A DNA stretch of 25,938 nt. Origin: Planctomycetota bacterium. Lineage in GTDB: Bacteria; Planctomycetota; UBA11346. The position numbers were made by a program, and so were the translations under genes. The notes below the pieces were generated by a model that worked only from the letters and a program-made list of their open reading frames with translations, ran no database searches and was not told where the DNA came from. This document shows, piece by piece, positions 8,052 through 15,016 of the stretch. How positions within the stretch are numbered: the stretch's first letter is position 1; each line of letters opens with the position of its first letter. The stretch covers positions 1-25,938 of the forward strand of contig JBBQSO010000075.1 of the NCBI GenBank assembly GCA_038213805.1. Reading direction: 5' to 3'.

Positions 8052-8606
8052 TCAGAGGGGACTGATCACCACCCCCGCGATGATTTGCTCTGGATCCCGC
8101 TCCGCGATCGCCTCGAACGCGTACGGGATCGGCATGCGATCACAGAGATGGGAGAGCCGCGCGGGCGCGTCCTGCGTCGTCATCGCCACGCGGCGCACAC
8201 CGTCCCGCACCGCGCAGACGCCCGCGAGCAGGAAGGGCGACGCGTCGGGCGTATTCACGAGATAGGCGGTCCGCTTGATTTTGGCGCCGTCCGACTCCTC
8301 ATCGTACTCCACCCAGCCCGTCGACGGCATCCAGCAGCGCGCGCACGCTTTCCACGTGGTGTCCAAGGCCTCGGAGCGCGCATTCATCGTCACTCCGCCG
8401 CCGTGTCCCGGCGCTTTGGGAAATCCCCAGCGGCCGGTCCCGAGGGCGAGTCGCCCATCGTGCGGAAAGAGCAGCAGCACCTCATCGGTCAGGCGCTGAT
8501 CCGCTTTGTGCGACCGGTTACGCGCTTCATCCAGGACCACGATGAGATCGCCGAGCATGGCCTCGATCCGCTGGATGGTCAGTTCGTTGTAATAGCGGTT
8601 ACACAC
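8052..8606 (-). CDS. SOS response-associated peptidase (SRAP; YedK/HMCES family), 184 aa, divergent
   Basis: A GTG at 8606 gives (M)CNRY with Cys at position 2, as SRAP requires. Other motifs: GRWGF, NARSE, RCWMPSTGWVE (catalytic Glu), FLLAG, MTT and DRMP. Confidence 0.85.
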   Translation of the reverse strand: MCNRYYNELTIQRIEAMLGDLIVVLDEARNRSHKADQRLTDEVLLLFPHDGRLALGTGRWGFPKAPGHGGGVTMNARSEALDTTWKACARCWMPSTGWVEYDEESDGAKIKRTAYLVNTPDASPFLLAGVCAVRDGVRRVAMTTQDAPARLSHLCDRMPIPYAFEAIAERDPEQIIAGVVISPL

Positions 8607-8866
8607 GCCGAGCGCTTTCTGCAGGAGGCGGATGTGCGAGGGACCCATGACGGCACCGCGCACGCTGCCGAGGGAGTGGCGTCAGAATCCTGATGGTGCG
8701 GATGAGTCCAGTCGTCGGTAGGCCGGCCATGTGCAGTCACCCTGCACGTCCATGCGCACGCATCCCGTTGGTGGGATCTCTGCCGGGACACGGGTTAGGA
8801 TGATACGCCCGTCATGTTTTCGACTGCGTACCGGGACGCCGCTTGACCGGCGGTCGGCGAGCCTCA

Positions 8867-8890
8867 GATAGGGTTCGTATTGTCCCTATC
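8867..8890. promoter_or_regulatory. Candidate operator palindrome GATAGGG-N10-CCCTATC in the SRAP/dnaE2 divergent region
   Basis: Perfect 7-bp inverted repeat just downstream of a TTGACC hexamer (8843-8848) and ~90 bp before the dnaE2 ATG. Confidence 0.4.
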
Positions 8891-8980
8891 GTCGAGCGGC
8901 ACGGATGCCGCGCCGTAACTCCGGGCCCGGCCATCCGGGCCCGCTCTCGCCTCCCCCATGTTCCGGCACCGGCGGTCTCC

Positions 8981-11900
8981 ATGCCCTCGCACGATCTCCT
9001 CGCCCGTCTCGCACAACGGCCGCCGGATGCAGGACCAGAGGAGACCTCGGAGCAGCGTTCCCGGTCGGCGGCCATGGACCTCGGCAACGCCGTGCGCGAG
9101 GCGCTCGGTGAGCAGCCCCTGCCGCTGCTGGCGGTGCAGACGACGTTCTCGTTCCTGCGCGGGACGGTCAGCCCCGGCGAATGGGGCGGCGCCCTGGCCG
9201 GCCTCTGCCGCGCCCGCGAGATCGCGCCGGCCGAGCGTCGCGGCGGGAACTATCCGGCGAGCCTGTTGGCCGTCAGCGTGGCGCTGCAGGCGGGCGCCTT
9301 CACGCGCGCGACGCAGGCCCCTCCCCCCGTCCCCGTCTATGTGGCCGAGCCAGACGATGGCGACGACGGGACGAGACCCTGGGCGGCGCTGGCGGACCTT
9401 GGCGATCTTGCCGGGCTACCGGCCGCCATCGAGCAGTGGGGCCGGCGCGTCGCCGTCGGCGCCACTCTGCCGGTGCATGAGCATGCGGGTCCCGCGGACC
9501 TGGTGCTGTGCCTGGCGCCGGATGCCGCCGCCTACCGCGCGCTGTGCCGCCTGCTGTCCTGGCGCAACGAGGATGAGCACGGCTGGCACGCGTGGCTGGA
9601 CGGCGAGACCCACGCTGCGCCCGCGCTGGACGGGCTGGTGGTACTCGCTCCGACGACGATCTGGGCCGAGCGCTTCGCCTGGCACGGCGCAGAGGTCTTC
9701 GGTTGGCTGACGGGCCACCGGCAGGCGCCCCTGCCGGCGCAGCTCGCGCCCGTGGTCGCGCCCTTGCTGACCGCGCTCAGCCCGGGCCATGAACGCCGCC
9801 GCCACCTGCAGGCGCTCATCCAGGATCGCAGCGGCATCCGCATGCATGTCGATTCGGCGCGCGTCGGCCGCCGCACGCTGCACCTCACCGATCTGCCCGA
9901 CCTGCTCGAGACGATGCGGGATCACGACGAGGCGATCGCGCGCGGCCGCGCCCTGCTGCAGCGCTGCACGTACACGCCCGGCGCGCCGCTCGCGAATGGC
10001 CACACACCCTGGCAATTGCCGCCCGCGCTGGTCGAGGATCCCGACGCCGAGCTGCGCCGGCGCTGCGCCGAAGGCGTCCGGCAGCGCTACGGCGGCGCCG
10101 AATCGCCCAAGGTCCGCGACCGGCTGCAGTACGAACTCAGCATCTTCACCAAGAAGGGCTTCGCCCCCTACGTCCTCGCGGTGTGGCACCTCACGCGCTT
10201 CCGCCAGACCTGCGGGCGCGGCTCGGCGGCCTCCAGCCTGGTCTGCTACGTGCTGGGCATCACCAACGTCGATCCGCTCAAGCACCAGCTGGTCTTCGAG
10301 CGCTTCCTGAGCGAGGAGCGCTTCGACCCGCCCGACATCGACGTCGATTTCGCCCACGATGAGCGCGACGCGGTCCTGCAGGAGACCATCGACACGTTCG
10401 GGCGCGAACACGTCGCCTTGGTGAGCACGCACCAGACCCTGCAGCACCAGGGCGCGTGGCGCGAGGCGGGCCGCGTGCTGGGCAAGGAGCGCTCCGCGAT
10501 CACGGACGCCCAGCGCGGCCTGGCCCTGCAGCGTACTTTTTCCGTCGGTGAAGGCCCCGATGCCGGGTGGGACGCGGTGCGCAGCGCCGCGCAGGATCTG
10601 GTCGGTGCGGTGCGCAACTTCGGCGTCCACTGCGGCGGGATCGTCATCACCCGCGATCCCATCCGCGAGATGGTGCCGATCCACCCCGCGGCCAAGCAGC
10701 TGCAGGGACTGCCGGCGCCGGCCATCGCCTGGGAAAAGGACGGCGCCGAACTCCTCGGCCTGGTCAAGATCGACTTCCTCGGCAACCGCTCCCTGGGCGT
10801 GGTGCGCGACGTCCTCGCCGACCTGCGCGAGGACGGCATCAGCATCGATGCGTGGCGATGGCAGCCGGAAGAAGACCACCTCGCGCGGCAGCTGGTCAGC
10901 CGCGGGCGGACCATCGGCTGCTTCTACATCGAGAGTCCGGCGATGCGGCTGCTCAACGCCAAGGCCGGCGAGACCGATTTCGAACGCCTGACGCTGCATT
11001 CCTCGATCATCCGTCCCGCAGCGAATGCGTGGATCAACACCTACCTGGAGCGCTTCGCGGAGTTCCGCCGCACCGGCCAGCAGCGCGACGAGTGGTACCC
11101 GCATCCCGCCCTGCGCGCGCTGCTGTCGGAGTCGTTCGGCGTGCTGTCCTACCAGGAGGACCTGATGTTGATCTCCCGCGACCTCGCCGGCTTCGGCATC
11201 AAGCAGCAGAACAGCCTGCGCAAGGCGCTGGGGCGCAGCGACACGCCCCAGCGCCTGGCGGGCCTGGCGGGCGGCTTCTTTTCCGGATGCGCGGAACGCG
11301 GCGTCAGCGCCGCGGTCAGCGATCTGGTCTGGACGATGATCGTGTCCTTCGCCGGCTACTCCTTCACCAAGGCGCACTCGGCGAGCTACGTGAAGGTCTC
11401 GTTCCAGGCGGCCTGCCTGAAGGTCCACAATCCCGCCCACTTCATGGCTCGCGTCATCTGCAACGGCGGCGGCTTCTACGGCCCCTGCGCCTACGTCGAG
11501 GAAGCTCGCCGCTGGAAGGTCGAGATCCAGCCGCCCTGCGTGCGGTGCGGAACGTGGGAGACGAAGCGCACCACGCATCATTCCTTCCGCCTGGGCTTCC
11601 AGCTCGTGCACGGCCTGCGCCAGGGCACCGTGGCGCGCATCCTCAACGAGCGCGAGCGCGCCCCCTTCATCGGCGCCTGCGACTTCTGGCGGCGGAGCCG
11701 GGCGTCTGCGAGCGAGATGCACGCGCTGCTGTGGGCGGGCGCCTTCGACGATCTGCTCGCCACCCACCAGCCGGCGGGACGCTTCTGGCTGGTCGAACAG
11801 GCCGTGCAGCAGTCGCGCGGCCAGGGCGATGCGGAGCCGGATCAGCTGGAGTTCGATTTCGCGGCCGACCTTCGCGCGGATCCGCTCCCGTCGCGCGAGC

Positions 11901-12331
11901 TCGCACCCATACCGCAGCGCACACTGGACCACCACACCTGGCACGCCTTGGCCATCCTGCCGCGCACGCATCCGTTCGCACTCTGGGACCTGCCCACGAA
12001 ACGGCGCTGGCACTGCCACGACGTCCGCCCGGACATGCAGCGGCGCAAGCTCACGCTGCTGGTCTGGGTGATCACGTCGAAGCAGGTCCTGTCGACGCAG
12101 ATGCGCGGTCGTGACGGTACGCCGCTGGACCAGCCCTCGGTCCGGCCGATGTCCTTCGTCACGCTCGAAGATGAATGCGGCATCGCGGAATCCGTGTGGT
12201 TCCCCGAGGTCTACCACGCCTACGGCGCGGCCATCGAGGCGGGCAGGCCATTCTGGGCGACGGGGATCGTGATGGTGGAGTTCGGGGTGGCGACGTTCCA
12301 GGTGGTGGGGGTGGAGGAGATTTCCGGATGA
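8981..12331 (+). CDS. dnaE2: C-family DNA polymerase III alpha subunit homolog, error-prone DnaE2-like
   Basis: Motifs FSFLRG, CGRGSAASSLVCYVLGIT, FERFLS, catalytic PPDIDVDF and KIDFLG, HCGG, IESPAMR, IIRP, YQED, FAGYSFTKAHSASY, GGFY, and OB-fold FVTLEDE. The PHP domain is degenerate and the gene sits next to SRAP. The start is ATG 8981 (alternative ~9074). Confidence 0.88.
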   Translation: MPSHDLLARLAQRPPDAGPEETSEQRSRSAAMDLGNAVREALGEQPLPLLAVQTTFSFLRGTVSPGEWGGALAGLCRAREIAPAERRGGNYPASLLAVSVALQAGAFTRATQAPPPVPVYVAEPDDGDDGTRPWAALADLGDLAGLPAAIEQWGRRVAVGATLPVHEHAGPADLVLCLAPDAAAYRALCRLLSWRNEDEHGWHAWLDGETHAAPALDGLVVLAPTTIWAERFAWHGAEVFGWLTGHRQAPLPAQLAPVVAPLLTALSPGHERRRHLQALIQDRSGIRMHVDSARVGRRTLHLTDLPDLLETMRDHDEAIARGRALLQRCTYTPGAPLANGHTPWQLPPALVEDPDAELRRRCAEGVRQRYGGAESPKVRDRLQYELSIFTKKGFAPYVLAVWHLTRFRQTCGRGSAASSLVCYVLGITNVDPLKHQLVFERFLSEERFDPPDIDVDFAHDERDAVLQETIDTFGREHVALVSTHQTLQHQGAWREAGRVLGKERSAITDAQRGLALQRTFSVGEGPDAGWDAVRSAAQDLVGAVRNFGVHCGGIVITRDPIREMVPIHPAAKQLQGLPAPAIAWEKDGAELLGLVKIDFLGNRSLGVVRDVLADLREDGISIDAWRWQPEEDHLARQLVSRGRTIGCFYIESPAMRLLNAKAGETDFERLTLHSSIIRPAANAWINTYLERFAEFRRTGQQRDEWYPHPALRALLSESFGVLSYQEDLMLISRDLAGFGIKQQNSLRKALGRSDTPQRLAGLAGGFFSGCAERGVSAAVSDLVWTMIVSFAGYSFTKAHSASYVKVSFQAACLKVHNPAHFMARVICNGGGFYGPCAYVEEARRWKVEIQPPCVRCGTWETKRTTHHSFRLGFQLVHGLRQGTVARILNERERAPFIGACDFWRRSRASASEMHALLWAGAFDDLLATHQPAGRFWLVEQAVQQSRGQGDAEPDQLEFDFAADLRADPLPSRELAPIPQRTLDHHTWHALAILPRTHPFALWDLPTKRRWHCHDVRPDMQRRKLTLLVWVITSKQVLSTQMRGRDGTPLDQPSVRPMSFVTLEDECGIAESVWFPEVYHAYGAAIEAGRPFWATGIVMVEFGVATFQVVGVEEISG

Positions 12332-12479
12332 CCATGGGCGCGCAAAGTCCAACCAAGCGGGGTGGGCGCGGTTACGCCAAGCCACCGTCTAGCTCGCAGA
12401 TCCTCCCCCGACTTGCACGGCTGCCATGACGGCGCATGGTCGTGATTCCCGGCCACCAGGCTGTTCAGCGCGCATCGCC

Positions 12480-12998
12480 ATGAAGAAATCCGCCACCATC
12501 CTCTGCATCTGCCTGAGCATCCTCGGCGTCATCGTCGCGCTGCGGACGACCACCGCGCGCACGGACGCCAGTCCGCCAGCCCAGCCGGTGCACGAAGCGC
12601 CGCCGTCAGCACCTTCCCATCCCGCTTCGCCACCGTTTTCCGCACGCAGGGATGTGCCACCTCTCGCGCCCGGGGCGATTCCCGATGCCGCGAACATCCA
12701 AGCACTCCAACAGCAACTGACTGACCGGCAGGCGGAATATGACCGCATCCGCCAGGACGGGCAGCGGCAACGCGACGCATGGCAGAAGCGCTGGGCCGCT
12801 GAAACAGCCGCCTTCAAGGCCACCACTGCCGCGCTCGACCAGAGCATCGCCGCAGAGAAGCAGAAACAGCAGGAAGCCGAGGCCCGCCTGCACGAGATCC
12901 TCACCGCCGCCAAAGCCGAAGCCGAGCGGGAGCAGCGCGAACGCGCCGAGCAGGCCGCGACGCCTCCGCCAGCCCCGCAGCAGGCATCCGATTTCTAA
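12480..12998 (+). CDS. Hypothetical exported or membrane-anchored protein with Pro-rich linker and coiled coil, 172 aa
   Basis: MKKSATILCICLSILGVIVAL signal/anchor, a Pro-rich stretch, then a Q/E/A/R-rich helix. Confidence 0.7.
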   Translation: MKKSATILCICLSILGVIVALRTTTARTDASPPAQPVHEAPPSAPSHPASPPFSARRDVPPLAPGAIPDAANIQALQQQLTDRQAEYDRIRQDGQRQRDAWQKRWAAETAAFKATTAALDQSIAAEKQKQQEAEARLHEILTAAKAEAEREQRERAEQAATPPPAPQQASDF

Positions 12999-13294
12999 CT
13001 CGTCTCCCTGAGCGGCAGCCCGCGCTTCCGGACGTGGATGCTGCGCAGGCGGATCCCTGGGCAGGCCACCGCCGCTCGGAAGGGACCCGGCCGGTGACCA
13101 CCGCCAAGATCCGCAAGGAAGCACCCGTGCCCGCGCGGGCGATCGTTCTTGGTGCAGACGCAGCATGTTTGGATTCATGGACAGGCATCAGACTTCCCAG
13201 ACGCGCGGCAGCGGACCCGGAGCGAGCCATTGACCATTCAGCCCTGGCTTGAAAAGCAGCCCGCGGGCGGATGCTGCCGTGGACCGGGAGCCGC

Positions 13295-15016
13295 ATGCCG
13301 ACGATAGGAATCGATCTCGGGACCACCAACAGCCTGGTCGCGATCCTCACTGCCGAGGGACCCCAGACCCTCGCGAACGAACTCGGCGAGCACCTGACAC
13401 CATCCGTGGTCGCCATCGGCGCAGATGGCGCGCTGCTCGTCGGCAGAGCCGCGAAGGACCGCCTGGTGGTCGAACCGGATGCGGGCAAGGCGTTCTTCAA
13501 GCGCGACATGGGCACCGCCGCAGCCTACCGCTTCGGCGGCCGCACCTGGACGCCGACGGAATGCTCGGCGGCCGTGCTCGACGAGCTCAAACGCATCGCC
13601 AGCATGCACCTGGGCACGCCGGTCACCCAGGCGGTGATCTCGGTCCCGGCGTACTTCCACGACAGCCAGCGGCAGGCGACCATGCAGGCGGCGCGCATCG
13701 CCGGCCTGGAGGTCCAGCGCATCATCAACGAACCCACCGCGGCCGCGCTCGCCTTCGGCTACCGGCAGCGCGACGTCGAGGCCAAGCTGTTGGTCTTCGA
13801 TCTCGGCGGGGGGACCTTCGACGTCACCGTCCTCGAGATGTTCTCAGGCGTGATCGAGGTCAAGGCCTCCGGCGGCGACAGCCGGCTGGGTGGCGAGGAC
13901 TACACCGACCTCCTGCTCGCGCATGTGCTCGCGCAGCACGGCCCGGTCGCGCCGGAACCCGCGCACGGCCGTCTGCGCCAGGTCGTCGAAGTGGCCAAGC
14001 GCCACCTCGCGATCCAGGACGCCGTGACGATCCCGGTCGGCTCCCGCGAGATCGCGATCACGCGCGAGGGCTTCGCCGCCCTCACCGCCGCGCTCACCGC
14101 GCGGCTGCGTCCGGTCGTGCGCCGCTGCCTGCGCGATGCCGGGCTCGCGGCCAGCGACCTCGATGACGTGCTGCTCGTCGGCGGAGCCAGCCGCATGCCG
14201 ATGGTCGGCGCGCTGATCGGCGAAGACCTCGGGCGGACCGCCAACGCCAGCCTCGACCCCGACCGCGTGGTCGCGCTCGGCGCCGCGGTGCAGGCGGCGC
14301 TGTGCGACAACCACGAGGCCGTCCAGGACCTGGTGCTGACCGACGTCGCGCCGCACACCCTCGGCGTCGCGGTGTCGAAGGAGCTCAGCCCGGGCCATCA
14401 CCAGAACGGCTTCTTCTCGCCGATCATCGAACGCAACACCATCGTCCCGTGCAGCCGGGTCGAGAGCTACCGCGCCCGCGATCCCCAGCAGGACGTGCTG
14501 GAGATCGAGATCTACCAGGGCGAGAACCGCTTGGTCCTCGAGAACAGCATGCTCGGGAAGATGCAAGTGAAGGGCCTGCGCGCGCGCGAAGGGCAGAAGC
14601 ATGTGGGTGAGATCGAAGTGCGTTTCAGCTACGACATGAACGGCATCCTGGAGGTCGAGGTGCTCATCCTCGCCACCGGCGTTCGGCATGCGCGCGTGAT
14701 CGAATGCCGGCCCGGAGCGATGAGCAGGGAGCAGATCGACGCGGCGGTCCAGCGCCTCCGGCCGCTCAAGCTCCACCCGCGCGACCGCCTGCCGAACCGC
14801 GCCCGCCTGGAGCGCGCCAACCGGCTCTATGGCGAACTGACCGGCGCGGCGCGCGCCGCGCTCAGCGCCCGCGTCGACGATTTCGACGCGGCGCTCCAGG
14901 AACAGCATCCGGAACGCATCGCCGCGACCGCCGCCGTGCTAGACTCCTTCATGGCGCACTTCTTCGCCGGCGAGGGCGAGCGGCAGCCGGATCCGGACGC
15001 CCCCCAGGGTGCGTGA
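13295..15016 (+). CDS. hscC: Hsp70-family chaperone, HscC (Hsc62)-like, 573 aa
   Basis: IGIDLGTTNS, AVISVPAYF, IINEPTAAA, DLGGGTFDV, LVGGASRMP, linker DLVLTDV, EIYQGE and RFSYDMNGILEV. Short length and the LKLHPRD...NR C-terminus are typical of HscC. A J-protein gene follows. Confidence 0.9.
   Translation: MPTIGIDLGTTNSLVAILTAEGPQTLANELGEHLTPSVVAIGADGALLVGRAAKDRLVVEPDAGKAFFKRDMGTAAAYRFGGRTWTPTECSAAVLDELKRIASMHLGTPVTQAVISVPAYFHDSQRQATMQAARIAGLEVQRIINEPTAAALAFGYRQRDVEAKLLVFDLGGGTFDVTVLEMFSGVIEVKASGGDSRLGGEDYTDLLLAHVLAQHGPVAPEPAHGRLRQVVEVAKRHLAIQDAVTIPVGSREIAITREGFAALTAALTARLRPVVRRCLRDAGLAASDLDDVLLVGGASRMPMVGALIGEDLGRTANASLDPDRVVALGAAVQAALCDNHEAVQDLVLTDVAPHTLGVAVSKELSPGHHQNGFFSPIIERNTIVPCSRVESYRARDPQQDVLEIEIYQGENRLVLENSMLGKMQVKGLRAREGQKHVGEIEVRFSYDMNGILEVEVLILATGVRHARVIECRPGAMSREQIDAAVQRLRPLKLHPRDRLPNRARLERANRLYGELTGAARAALSARVDDFDAALQEQHPERIAATAAVLDSFMAHFFAGEGERQPDPDAPQGA

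Noticed and set aside
8852..8874. PafBC/RecA-NDp-type promoter (TGTCGG-N10-TANNNT) before dnaE2
   Set aside because: The sequence is GGTCGG-N11-TAGGGT, with a mismatch and wrong spacing, and nothing points to an actinobacterial host.
9416..12385. 989-aa antisense ORF opposite dnaE2 (and similar ones at 13844-14908, 20168-21331, 21325-23244)
   Set aside because: These are shadow ORFs expected from high GC3 bias. They have no motifs and fully overlap well-supported genes.
13295..15016. Calling the Hsp70 housekeeping dnaK
   Set aside because: It is shorter, has an HscC-type C-terminus, lacks grpE/dnaJ/hrcA context, and is coupled to an atypical J-protein.
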